The notes beneath the pieces are model-generated. The model worked only from the letters and a program-made list of their open reading frames with translations, was not told the origin of the DNA and ran no database searches. The position numbers and the translations under genes are program-made. DNA of 64,000 nucleotides from the human T2T-CHM13v2.0 reference genome, Homo sapiens: NCBI RefSeq assembly GCF_009914755.1, contig NC_060931.1. One strand, given 5' to 3'. Positions 24,020 to 38,805 of the stretch are shown here, in pieces. How positions within the stretch are numbered: position 1 is the stretch's first letter; the number at the start of each line of letters is the position of its first letter.

Positions 24020-24655
24020 ACTGCCTACTCAAAACTTTTGAGTTTCCACTCTTGTTCAGAATGAAATCCAGTGTCCTCACAGTGGCCTACGAGATGCTAC
24101 ATGAACTGGCTTTATGCCACCTTTCTCATCCCATTTCCAACCATCTTTCCTTTCATTCACTTTGTGTGAGCCACAGTGACATTCTTTTGATGCCCTGAGT
24201 ATGTGGAAGACCCTTCCACTGCAGGGCTATGTCCACCTCAGAATGGCCTTCTCTAGGTACCCCTGTCTCAACGTGCACCACCCCCATGACTTTCTGTACA
24301 ATTTGTTTTTCACCTTAGTCCTTATTACATGCTTACTTGTTTATTTATATAGTGTCTTGCCATGAAGGCAAGAGATCAGGGACTTTGCTGTGAACCCTGG
24401 CCTATAACTGATGTCCTAACTCACTTTACACATCCTCTCTGGTGGACTTTCACATTGTTTCTTCCTTGTTGGTTGCCCGCTCTCCTCTGTCCCTCAGTAC
24501 ACTGTGTGTGCCTGGGTTTGTTTTCCACCTGCCTTTCCTTCTAACCTATGACCTTTTTGAAGGCAGAGTTACAACATATTTGCATTTTTGAATCCCAGCA
24601 CCATCCCAGTGCTTCCCATATGGCAGGGACTCAATAAATTACTTCTAAATGAATA
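24020..24655 (+). mobile_element. L2 fragments
   Basis: ctcaaaac...agaatgaaatcca...tggcctac; 3' end ttgaaggcag...ggactcaataaat...atgaat. Confidence 0.65.
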
Positions 24656-25349
24656 TAAAAATATTGTTGAGTAACTTTATAAGTTAAGATGTTGTGAAAT
24701 TTGCTTTATAATTTTGAGTTGCAGGCTGTGGAACCAAGCCAAAGTTCTGGTCCTATGGGAGTTCCCTTCTTGCAACTGAGCACGTCAAATGAGTGGGTAG
24801 CGTCTTATGCCGTTCACTCAGCACATGCTGGGGTGAGTCATGGGAAATTACTAGTGTGGTTCAACTTAAGGACAACACTTGACTCAATGTCAGTGCAACC
24901 AATTGTTTGGCCATTGACTAGAGATGAAATAGTTCCAGAAATCTGATTCTGAGGAAGTTCAGAATCAGAATCAATTGTTCCAAATCTCATGGAAAGAAAT
25001 TTAAAGTGGAATTCTTTTCTGCTTACTGTGTTTAGCATCTAGTCACATGATTTGTATCTCTTTATGTTAGTGGTAGTACTCTTTCTGTCTCCTTTTATTT
25101 TTATAAGTTTGGTTTATTCTCACTAGCATGGGTTTCACCAGGGGTGGAGACATGCAGGGAAGAAGGAAGAGGGTTGTTCTTCAAGAAGAGCATGACAGAA
25201 TAACCATTGGTAGGTGAGGACAAAAAAGCATATATGCCATTGTTATTGCTTCAATCATGTGTTTTCTAGCAAAGCAACGTAGGTGCAAATCACCAGTGAA
25301 TCCTCCTTATTCTCCTACGATGGCATATCCACTACTTGGTCCCATGCCT

Positions 25350-26250
25350 CATTCTTTCTTTGATGCACTTTCTTGCTTTGCAAAAGTACATTGTCAAGTA
25401 AGTTATTTGGAAAGGGAGCATTGAACATAAATTTCTGAGCCCTAAAATGTTTTAAAGTATTTAAGTCACATACTTAAATACTAGTATGTGATAGCTGCAA
25501 GCAGCATTAAAGTTTAAAAATAATTTTCCCTCAGAATGTAAAAACATTCAGTGTTACTGATTAGGACTTTGCTGTCAATATCATTTTCTGATTCTTTGAG
25601 GACACGTTTTTTCTTTTTAAGGCTCTCTTAGGATCTGACAAGTGTGTATTTTTTAAAAAAATACGTAGAGCTTCACACTGGTTGGACTAATCAAATTCAT
25701 ATACTTGAGTATTTTTAGTTCCGAAAAATTATCTTCTGTCGTAAGTTGATCATTTCCTCTCCTCTCTTTTCTTGGGTCTCTCAGGGACTCCTATTATTTA
25801 AATATAGGACTTCTGCAATGACCCTCTGTGTCTTATATTTTCCCATCTATTTTATACTTTACCTATTTGCTTCCTCTTCTGGGCGATTTCTTCAATTTTA
25901 TTTCTTCAGATCGTCTACTAATTTTTTAAGTTATGCAATTTTAGTTTTTATCTTTAAGTACTTCCCTTGTTCTTTGATTGTTCTTTTTCATAACAGCATG
26001 TCTTTGTTTCAAGGCTAAAATATTTTCCAGCATTTCTTTGAAATTATTATGTTTGTTGTCTGAACTTTATCTGTTTCGTTAAGAGTCTTCTATGTATATG
26101 TTTGTTTTAATCTTTTTTTTTCTTGGATACAACATGGTCTTCTTATATGCCAGGTAATCCCTGATTTTCCACTCATATTTAAGAAAGTAGCTAGTATCAG
26201 CTTTCCCTGTGGTTGTATAAATGGGTGAATTGAGTGTGTGTGGACTGTCA
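25350..26250 (-). mobile_element. HAL1/old L1M fragment
   Basis: aatttctgagccct...aataattttccctcagaat...cagtgttactg...tctgattc, T-rich body typical of antisense HAL1. Confidence 0.55.
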
Positions 26251-26645
26251 AACCCCACTTTAGTGTTAGCATTCTAGAAGATAGCAGCTCTTGGTCTCTG
26301 GATCCCCCTAAATGACAAAATAAGGAGGACTGTGTGTTAGAGTCCCAGTATCTACATTAGAAGTCTTAGCTTTGTTCACACACATACATACTTTTCTTTA
26401 AGAAAGAGGCAATCTGAGTGTGTTGCTTGGTTGCTGGCATCAAGGAAAGGTAATTAAGGCGTTGGGATGTAGTCTGATGTTCTTAACCGACTGACACTTT
26501 TTTAATTTCTTGTTTTAAGTCCTGCCTGTTTTCTGTCACCATACCCATTTCCTCAGTGGAGTATATGGTGTTAGGACATACATTAGTTTTTTTCTACAGT
26601 TCCTGGCTCATAACTCCCATAGTTCTTGCTACAGTTTTTTTTCTT

Positions 26646-26706
26646 AGTAGGTTGGTGCAAAAGTAATTGTGTTTTTTGCCATTAAAAGTAATGTCATTAA
26701 AAGTAA
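26646..26706. mobile_element. MADE1 mariner-derived element, partial
   Basis: taggttggtgcaaaagtaattg.g.tttttgccatta equals one Hsmar1-type TIR; second arm missing. Confidence 0.85.
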
Positions 26707-27146
26707 TATAATGTTGGGTGTGCTAGGCTTCAGAGGCGGGCCTCTGATCTTCTGCTTTCCTTTCACCTGTCCCAAGGCAGGACTCTACTCTTCCCACCCT
26801 TCTTATTGTAGGTCTTAAGACCCTCTCTGGAATGAAGGAATGCTGAGTGTCCTGAAGCTTTCATAAAAACTCAAGAGGACTGGTTTGGAGAGCTTCCAGA
26901 TAGTTAGAAATGTAGAGGTTCCTGGAGGGTGGCATTCCCAGGGAGGGCATGGAGACTCCATACGCCTTCCCCCATACCTTGTCTTATGCATCTCTTCATT
27001 TGTAGCCTTTGAATGTCCTTTATAATAAAGTTAATGTCAGTAAGTGCTTCTCTGAGTTCTGTGAAGCAGCTCTAGCAAATTAATCCAACCCAAAGAGGGG
27101 GGCATGGGAACCCCAAATTGAAGGGAAATTCCTGGACTCACAATTG

Positions 27147-27148
<2 letters not shown>

Positions 27149-27186
<38 letters not shown>
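27149..27186. repeat. (GT)19 microsatellite
   Basis: Uninterrupted GT run. Confidence 0.97.
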
Positions 27187-27187
<1 letters not shown>

Positions 27188-27215
27188 GCGGTAGGGGGAA
27201 GGGCCTTGGGAGAGT

Positions 27216-27590
27216 TGTCTTGGTCTGGATCTGTGTCCCACCAAATCTCATGTCAAAATGTAATCCTTAATGCTGGAGGTGGGGCTTGGTGGGAGGTTGA
27301 TTGGATCATGGGGGTGGTTTCTTATGGTTTAGCACCACTCACCTAGTGCTGTTCTCATGATAGAGTTCTCATGAAATCTGGTTGTTTAAAAGTAGCACCT
27401 CCTTCTTCTCTCTCTTCCTCCTACTCTGCCATGTTTGTAAGTTTCCTGAGGCCTCCCCAGAAGCCTAGCAGATGCCAGCATCATGCTTCCTGTACAGCCT
27501 GCATAACTGTGAGCCAATTAAAGCTCTTTTCTTTATAAATTACCCAGTCTCAGGTATTTCTTCATAGCAGTGCAAGAACAGACTAATAAA
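27216..27590 (+). mobile_element. MaLR solo LTR, MSTA-like
   Basis: tggatctgtgtccc...tggtttagcacca...cagatgccagcatcatgcttcctgtacagcctgca...gactaata. Confidence 0.88.
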
Positions 27591-28019
27591 GAGACTGAAT
27601 CCTCAACTTGTGGGATCTACACTATCTCCAGGTAGATAGCGCTGAAACTGAATTGGAGGACACCCAGCAGACATCCACTGCTTGGCGTGTGGAGAAAAGC
27701 ACCCACCTTTGATCACAGACATCTTCTGTATTGAAGATTATTGTGGTGGTGTGAGAGCAGAGAAAAAAACACCGGTTTAGAGAGTTTTCCTGACACAGGC
27801 TCAATTGGATGGAGTGTCTCTCATCTCTTCTGTGGTCCCATGAACGCATATGCAAAGCAGTAGCTTTCTTTTTTGGGTTTTTTTTGTTTTTTTTTTAGTG
27901 TGCTTCCAGTCAATTTCCTTATTCCGGAAATTTGTTAGAAACTTGTTTGATAGCAATGGTCCTTACCCTCTTTAATTGCTATAATTTTATTTATTTTGAT
28001 ATTCTGATACTTGTTAGCA

Positions 28020-29525
<1,506 letters not shown>

Positions 29526-32473
29526 GTATCTTCCTATACTTTCTTTTCAGTGGGATATTGGAAAAGATGAGAGGCAAACATGTATTCTTTGTTTGCTAAC
29601 TTTAATCAGAAATCCCAATTTTTCAGATAAAATTTTAAATCAGTGCTTTCACAGATTTGTTTTAATAAAAATTACATTGTTTTTCCTACTTCGTACCCTC
29701 AAATGCATTATTCAATCTTTCAGACACAATAGATCTTTTTGAATACAAATTAATCTAGACTGGCATAAATAGAACAGTGAACACTTCCATGGACATTCGT
29801 AAATTCATTGCCAAAATAAAGAGATCTGTGGAGTCTCAGTTTCATTCATTTATCAGAGAGGAGAACAAGAGTTTAATGCTGACAATAGGAAAATAAATAA
29901 TATTCAGTTCAAAATTGAGCACATCTTTAGACCAAGACGGTGTTTGCAACATAGTAGACACTGAATATATACTTGTTGAAATGAATGAATGAACCTTACC
30001 AATGTCACCCTCCATAACCATCTGTTGCTATGTAGTTCTTCAATGTAATGGAAAACACACAGCATGCATTGCAGCATGATGCCTCTGTTCTCATCATACT
30101 TCACTAATTGATTCAGCAAACAGCTTCCACCCAGACATAATTCTAGGCAAGTATATTTTTAAGTGAAAGGATTCTATCAGGTGATGTATCCTTTTTCTAA
30201 ATTTCCCATCTTTTTCTTACTTTTTGGAATGAGTTCAGATATATAGGATTAGGCCTATAAGGTGAAGGAATTTGAAAACCCACAGGAAATTAGAAAAGAC
30301 ATTGTGTTTGTGAATTCAGAAGTGACCTACATAGCAAATGTGCAATTTGCTTCAGATAGAAACCAGTAGATTCCGTATATTCAGAGATATGTGGCATAGA
30401 GAGCTATAGTTCCCCTGTAAGTGGGTAAGATGTCTTTATTAACAAAATATTTGCATTCATCATATTTAAGAAAAGGGCACTATAAAGGTGAATGGGGCTT
30501 TTTGACCACTGATTCACGGTAGCAAGATTGGAAAAATAAGCTGACTGTTGGTATTTTCTGCTTTTTCAGTTAGTTTCTCCAAGAAGAGAGAGAAAAATTC
30601 ACTTGCTTTTTGTGGCTTCTCTGTAGGCACTTATACTCTGTAGATCATCTCTGTGTTTTCAGTGTTCTAAAATTATGTGGGCAATCTTGTCTCCTCTCCT
30701 GTCTTCTTGTACTTCAAAAGTATGCACCTATATTTAATATCCATGGGTAGAGAGAAGCCTTTATGGAGAAGATAGTATGTGAATTGTGCCTTGAAGGATG
30801 GGGAAATACTGGGGGGAAAATGAGGGAAGGATGACCTTCTGATAGAGGGAAAAGAGATGGAAAATTGATTACTACGATGCTTATGATTGCATAGACAATC
30901 TGGTTCAATCATCTACTTACTGAATTTTGTAGAAGCATCCATTCTCTAAAGGAGTACATAGGATTAATAAAATTAAATTGAGTATCTTGATAAAGCACTC
31001 CTAATTCTTTGGAAAAACTTGTTTCAATCTCTAATATCCCAACATACACCACAATACTATTTCACTCAGGAAAAATAGTGAATTTATTATGTGTGACACT
31101 TAATGACAACCATAATGTAAGGTTTGTAATTACTGGGATGGGGAAGAATCTAGTATATCTCCTGATAATGTAGCTATATTTGAAATTTGTAATTGTATTG
31201 AAGAAAAAACATAATACAATTGTGTATAGTAAATAAAATTAGGTTTTCACTTAGTTTTATGATGAGCCAATTCAGATTTATGTGGTTTACCAGTTGTTGG
31301 AAGGACTACTGTGGAAGTCACTTACATGTGTATTTATGAACTTGAAGGATAGAATTTTTATGACAGTGGATTCATTTAGGAAAAATATTTCAATCATTTA
31401 CATTTCTAGGTAAGTTTCAACTAAATATTTTTATTGCATAACTGCAACAACTTCTTGTTTATGATATGCAATAACATTTTTTAAATATAAAATTCATACG
31501 TAATCATTGTAGAAAATCTGGAAAACTTACCAACATAAAAATTAAAGTAATTATGTCATTATTGAAGGATAACTATTTTAATATTTGTTTTAGTTATATC
31601 TCACAACCACACAAGAGTGATTGTACTACTTTTTAAATTCATTATAGTGTGCAGTTTCCCCATCTCAGTAAATAGTTTTTGAAATTTGAATTTTTATGAT
31701 GGCATACTGGTCTTCAAGCCTATGTTAAAAATTTTATAAAGCCCAGTTGCATTAATTAGTCATTCTTTCTCAAAGCTAGCAATGATGAGAAAGGGGTTTC
31801 GGAGCCCTGAAGTTGAGAAGGGAAGTGTTGAAGTGTCTGACTGGGGCCAGCAGGGGTTGCTGTCATGGATGAGGCTGCCACATTCCTGGTGTGTCTGACT
31901 TTGGACTCACTTAACATTGTAGTCTGGATTCTATTAAGGGAACTTTGTGTTTCTCCTTTGCAAGAGTCACCCCCTACCATGATAAATATTTAAAAATTTT
32001 TTTTTTTTTTAAGTTGGGAAAGCAAACTTTTCCCAAAAGAAATTTATAGTTCAAATTTACACCAAGTTCTCACTAACTGGAGCAAGCCGGGTTTTCACTA
32101 AAGCTTTGACTTTCCTCTGTAAAACATTAGTCACTCCCTTGGAAGAAGCAGTTTTTTATAGGCAGTGGGATAAAACAGCCACAGACGTATGTGTAATATG
32201 ATGGGCTTTAGAATGTACCTGCAAAGCAGTTTTTTTTTTTTTTTCCATTTGGAGGAAAAAAGATGAACCAAAAAAGACTGAATTGGGATGCTAAAATAAC
32301 AGCGATTTATTATTAAGGAAATGATACGCTTTTGTCCCATTCAAATAATGTTTTTATTCCCCTTTTCTTTATTCTTGGGAGGTTCCTATTGTTGTGCCAG
32401 GTCGTTTTCACTGAACGATTTTTAAAGGTATTCACCAGTCCCACGTGTGACCGGTTGCATTTTTACTGTGCAG

Positions 32474-32592
32474 GACCATCGTGAAGCCTGTGGCCAAAGA
32501 GTTTGATCCAGACATGGTCTTAGTATCTGCTGGATTTGATGCATTGGAAGGCCACACCCCTCCTCTAGGAGGGTACAAAGTGACGGCAAAAT
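32474..32592 (+). CDS. HDAC9: Internal coding exon (119 nt, phase 2 in / phase 1 out) of histone deacetylase 9, catalytic domain
   Basis: Flanked by ttttactgtgcag| and |gtaagt. G + 39 codons + T reads (R)[39 protein letters not shown](C), containing the HDAC SAGFD zinc-ligand motif and class IIa PLGGY loop. Matches HDAC9 as I recall it, rather than HDAC4/5/7. Confidence 0.97.
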
Positions 32593-34639
32593 GTAAGTAC
32601 CTCTTTCAGGACTTTACGAAAGGGTCTGATATCATACCATCTTTTAGGTCTTTATGATAGACACCACCTTTTACATGTGTCCAGTAAACTTGGGTGAGAC
32701 ATTTGAAAATGATTCAGGTGGTGTTTATTGCTCTGTCGGATTCATGTTTCTGTAGAAATTTGCCTTTAAGAAAAACAAAGTTAAAGTGCTTTGTTTGGTG
32801 GACATGACAGCACATTTCAGAAATCGTATGCTTTTCAGGAGACCTGTTTTACATTTAAAGGCAGAAATGATAGGGCTTCTGTTTAAAATATGCTGCATGA
32901 CTTGAGAGGTCATGAGTCTAGAAAAGCTACTGTGCTTTTCCAGGGAGAATGGAAGTTCCATTGTACATGGGATAAAAATAACTATTTCTTAATAATATTA
33001 TGCACTTCCAAGTTTGAAAACAAAAGTGTAATTCCCCTTGCTCAGAGCCTCTGTATGTGTCTATGGGCAACCCTCATAATCTCTACTCGTCTTCTGTTGT
33101 GTTGCAAAGTTGGACTTTTTGGCTGTGTTCCTTAGCAACTGGACACCACATGAAGAAATAAATTTTATGTTACAGTGCATTTGAATAATACAACCTAATG
33201 GAATCTGGCTAGAAAGAGGATTTCTTTAAAAATAATTCCCTTGCTCTCTGAGTGGGAAAAAAGGTATATATATATAGCTCACATATAAATGTACATTGGC
33301 ACCAGGGGTATCTATTTAAAAATAGAAGAAAAAAGTAAAATTACACAAAGAATAGGGCCCACAGTGGTGTATTTTAGGGAGCATTGCAAAGCAGACAACA
33401 ACAAAAAACCCAAATACTTTTAAGTGGGAGAGATGAGTTTGGAGCAAATGTGCTGTATTAATTTAAAAAGAATCAAAGAAATAGCGTCATGCCAACCTTT
33501 GTTTTTAGCTGGCTTCTCATGTGAAAGAGTTTTCTGCACTCTAATTGTTCTAGTAACATTGTTAGGTAGTAACTATTTTTAACATGTATTATTTACCCAG
33601 GATTCTTTGTGCCTTGTTGTCTATTAAAAACATATTAAAACAGGAAACTCTACAAAGACAAACAAAGCAAAATAATTCATGATTTTGGTAAAATTGAATA
33701 GAGAGGTGTTTGCTGAGATTAAATGTCTGTATGGCCTTTTTAAAAAATTGTTATTATTATCCATGGAACTCAACTCAATGGAAGTCAGTCTTTCCATCAC
33801 AGATAAACCTCACTTGTGGGTCAGAACTGGTAAACAGTTGTCTAAATAAACAAAGACAAAGAGAGTTTGTACATCAAGTTGAGATAAACCCAAAAAAATA
33901 CAAAATACCTAGCGAAGAAAGAAGGAACTCTCGAAAAGTTGTTCCTTGCCATTAAATCCAAGAATCTCACTCAGAAGAGAGGAGTGTCTATGTTTAGTCT
34001 TTCTCCTTGCCACAGGGAAAGGTTGTAACAAGACTCTTTGTCAGAACTAGTTAAAGGGATTGATCATTTTGTTACCTTGTGTCTTCATTTTTGGCCAAGT
34101 CAAGTTCAAATCTCAAATGTTACCTTGAAAATAGTCGCATGGTTTCTTTTGGCCATTAGGTATAGGAGACGTGGGTTCTACCACTTCTAGGTTTAGTAGA
34201 GTATAATAGCATCTTCAATATATTCTTTACCCATTTACATATATCTGTTCATTGGAGAGGAAGCTCTTCATTGTGTTCCATCTCAGAATCAGTTTGTCTA
34301 GAATGCCTCCAACTCCCCTCCCCTCGTTCCCAGTCCCTCCATACCCCTTGTGTATCTTTCCTACTCAAGAACCATATGTTCTCTGCTAGGTGCCTATTTC
34401 CTAGGAAAATCAAGCAGACATATTTTAAGTGATATCATACTTTACCTTTTGCGTATTTGCAGTTTAATAAGGAAAAATATATACAATGAGAAGAGAAGTC
34501 CTTAGAGTCTAAACAGATTGTAGTTGAAACTCTTCACATATCTTATAGATGAGGAAACTAATTTATTTTAAAATCTGAAATAACTGGGGTTAAAATCAAA
34601 GTTCTTATCCTGAATCAGTAGTTAGGTGAAATTGCATGA

Positions 34640-35053
<414 letters not shown>

Positions 35054-36504
35054 TAATCCCCCAAACTTAGTCTATGACAGACATTGACTAGTTTTGTGAT
35101 ACTTAAGTGAAACACAACAAAGCCTCACATCTGGGCAACTGTATATATTATTTCATGGAAGCCTGAGTTTCTCAGCTATACTTTCTAGAGATGCTGCCCC
35201 AACAAGTGGGTAGAAGCTGGGATTACTAGATAGCTCAATAGTTGTTCCCTAAAACACTCCCCACTTGGTATCTTTGTTTGCTTTCTAACCACCTGGCAGA
35301 TGCATTCATATTGCTTTGGTCGAAAAGTTCTGTACAGGCAATTAACACTGGACTTTCACTGTCTTGTTCAGGAAGTCATCCTTTATTGTGGGAGTAGGGT
35401 GATCCCAAAACGAAGTTAGAAATGGGCTAGATTCTAAAGTAAAAAGTAGGAACAAGATACACAACCAAGTTCTTCTCCCCGTGTTTTCCAATTCTAGCAA
35501 AACTCATTCCTGCTCCAAGTAGAATATTTGATAATTACAGAGAGTGGTTTTGAGGATGCTATCCATGTCAGAGATGCTAAAATTATATTTTCTTAGCACA
35601 TTGAGTCAATCTTTTAAAATAGTTTTGTTTGCTATCTCTGAAAGGAAAAGAGAAATGAAGTCAAAATAACTAGGGTTTTTGTTTGTTTTTAAACATTGTT
35701 ACCTGATTGAAAAATAATAATAAAAGGTTGGTGTAATCACCAATATCTCAGCCCAAATATAGAGGTGATTTAAAATTAAAGGTAATTCTTTTCACTAGTG
35801 ATGTTTTTCTTTCTTCCTCTTTTCTCCTCTCCTTTCTTTATATATTAAGTGTTTTCTGTTATGAAACTACAAAACTTTTGGCATTGGTTTCTGCTGAAGT
35901 TTTAATCAACAATCTGAATTACTTACTTAGTATCAGTGCTGCTCTTTAAGGACCAAGGCTAAATCCCAACCCGAAATGACTAAATAGCTTTTTAACCTGC
36001 CCTAAACCCAGCATCAAACTGTACCTTGAAGTTATCAGTTTATCTTTCTAAATATGCTGATTCAGATATAGTTGTCTTCAGGTTACAGCTTAATCAGGTT
36101 GCCATGACAACTAAGTGCTGTATTCAAACAATAAAATTAATTCATCATATACTACCACCCCCTGGCTTTATAGTGTTGTTAACATTTTTTTTTAAAAAAA
36201 AGCTTCTTTGGTTTAAATTCGTTTTGCCACAACATATATTTTTTCTTCCCTTTCAACACATACATGCGTTCACTGCTTTTGTTGGTGTCAGGCAGTGAAT
36301 TCATATATTCAAATTGCTTTTGTCATGTGAACAAGAATATGTTTTTCCTTTGGAATTATGCAAAATCATTGTGAGATGATAGCCATATCTGATAAAAAGT
36401 ATGTTCCTTTTATAAACATGTGAAATACATTCCTTTAATAAACATTTTATAGTCCTTGAGACAGAAACCATTTCTCTCAGCAAATATACAAGGGTTATTT
36501 TGAC

Positions 36505-38805
36505 AAGTAAATCAATAAATGTGATTCATCACATAAACAGAGCTAAAGACAAAAAACACATGAGTATCTCAATAGACATAGAAAAGGCTTTCGATAAAAT
36601 TCAACGCCCCTTCTTGATAACAACTCTAAATAAACTAGGTATTGAAGGAACATATCTCAAAATAATAAGACCCATCTATGCCAAACCCACAGCCAACATT
36701 ATACTGAATGGGCAAAGGTTGGAAGCATTCCCCTTGAAAACTGGCATAAGACAAAGATGCCTTCTCTCTACCACTCCTATTCAACACACTTTAGAAATCC
36801 TAGCCAGAGCAATCAGGCAAGAGAAGGAAATAAAGGGCATCCAAATAGGAAGAGAGGAAGTCAAACTCCCTGTTTGCAGACAACATGATTCTATAGTTAG
36901 AAAACCCCACAGTCTTGGCCCAAAAGCTCCTTCGGCTGACAAACAACTTCATCAAAGTTTCAAGATGCAAAATTAATGCACAAAAGTCAGTAGCATTCCT
37001 ACACACCAACAACAGTTAAGCCTAGAGCCAAATGAGAAAGGCAATCCCATTCACAACTGTCACAGAAAGAATAAAACACCTAGGAATACAACTAATCAGG
37101 GAGGTGAAACATCTCTACAATGAGAATTACAAAACTCTGCTCAAAGAAATCAGAGGAAACATAAACAAATGGAAAATCATCCCGTGGTCATAGACAGGAA
37201 GAATCAATATAATTAAAATGGCCGCACTGCCCAAAGCAATTTACAGATTCAATGCTATTTCTATCAAACTACCAATGACATTCTTCACAGAACTAGAAGA
37301 AAACTATTTTAAAATCCATATGAAACCAAAAAAAGAGCCCAAATAGCTAAGGCAATCCTAAGCGAAAAGAGCATAGCTGGAGGCATCATGTTACCCAACT
37401 TCAAACTATACTTCCAGGCTACAGTAGCCAAAACAGCATGGTACTGGTACAAAAACAGGCACATAGACTAATGGAACAGAATAGAGAACCCAGAAATAAG
37501 GCCACACACCTATGACTAACTGATCTTTGACAAAACTGCCAGAAACAAGCAATGGGGAGAAGACTCCCTATTCAATAAATGGTACTGAGATAACTCGCTA
37601 GCCACATGCAGAAGACTGAAGCTGGACCCCTTCCTTACACCATACACAAAAATCAACTCGAGATGGATTAAAGACTTAAATATAAAACCCAAAACTATAA
37701 AAACCCTAGAAGACATCCTAGGCAATACCGTCCTGGACATAGGTATTGGTAAAGATTTTATGACAAAGACACAAAAGCAATCCCAACAAAAGCAAAAATT
37801 GACAAGTGAGATCTTATTAAGCTAAATAGCCTCTGCACAGCAAAAGAAACTATGAACAGGGTTAACAGACAGCCTACAGCATGGGAGTAAATTTTTGCAA
37901 ACTATGCATCTGACAAAGGTCTAATATTCAGCATCTATAAGGAACTTAAACAAATTTACAAGAGAAAAACAACCCCATTAAAACGTGGGGAAAGGACATG
38001 AACAGACATTTTTCAAAAGAAGACATATATGCAGCCAACAAGCATATGAAAAAAGGCTCAATATCACTGATCATTAGAGAAATGCGATCAAAGCCACAAT
38101 GAGATACCATCTCACACAGGTCAGAATGGCTATTAAGAAAAAGTCAAAAAATAACAGGTGCTGGCAAGGTTGCGGAGAAAAAGGAACACTTAGACACTGT
38201 TGGTGGGAATGTAAATTAGTTCAGCCATTGTGGAAAGCAGTGTGGCAATTCCTCAAAGAGCTAAAAGTACAACCACCATTTGATCCAGCAATCCCATTAC
38301 TGGGCATATACCCAGAGGAATATAAATCATTTGACCATAAAGACACATGCTCGCAAATGTTCACTGCAGCACTATTCACAATAGCAGTGACCTGGAATCA
38401 ACTTAAGTGCCCATCAATGATTGACTGAACAAAGAAAATGTGGTACATATACACCATACTATGCAGCCATAAAAAAGAACAAGCTCATGTCTTTTGTGGA
38501 ATCATGGATGGAGCTGGAGGCTATTATCCTCAGCAAACTAATGCCAGAATGTAAAACCAAATACTGTGTGTTCTCACTTTCAACTGGGAGCTAAATGATG
38601 AACTTCTGAACACAGAGAAGGAAATAACAGATACTGGGGTCTACTTGAGAGAGGAGGGTGGAAGGAGGAAGAAGAACTTAAAAGATAACTATTGGGCTTA
38701 ATTCCTAAGTGATGAAATAATCTGTACAATAAAAACCTGTGACATGAATTTACCTATGTAACAAACCTTCACATGTACCCCCAAATGTAAAAGTTAAAAA
38801 AAAAA
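36505..38805 (+). mobile_element. 5'-truncated L1PA (PA13-16-like), degraded ORF2 3' part and 3' UTR
   Basis: ORF 36500-36976 is L1 RT ([12 protein letters not shown]...[12 protein letters not shown]); ORF 38099-38428 is the ORF2 Cys-rich end ([27 protein letters not shown]); frameshifted; A-tail at 38796-38805. Confidence 0.95.

Larger units (their letters stand above)
26569..27797 (+). mobile_element. MER21-type LTR hosting nested MADE1, (GT)n and MSTA
   Basis: ggagagcttcc...gagggcatgga...ccccataccttg..tatgcatctctt...ctgagttctgtga...ctctagcaaattaat; resumes at 27591 (tgtgggatct..actatctccaggtagatag). Confidence 0.8.

Noticed and set aside
33316-33325. MEF2 site TTAAAAATAG (HDAC9 is a MEF2 target and partner)
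   Set aside because: Dozens of YTAWWWWTAR matches are expected by chance in 64 kb of such AT-rich DNA.
36500-38428. Reverse-transcriptase-like ORFs as an active retroelement or retron
   Set aside because: Frameshifted, 5'-truncated L1 ORF2 debris.
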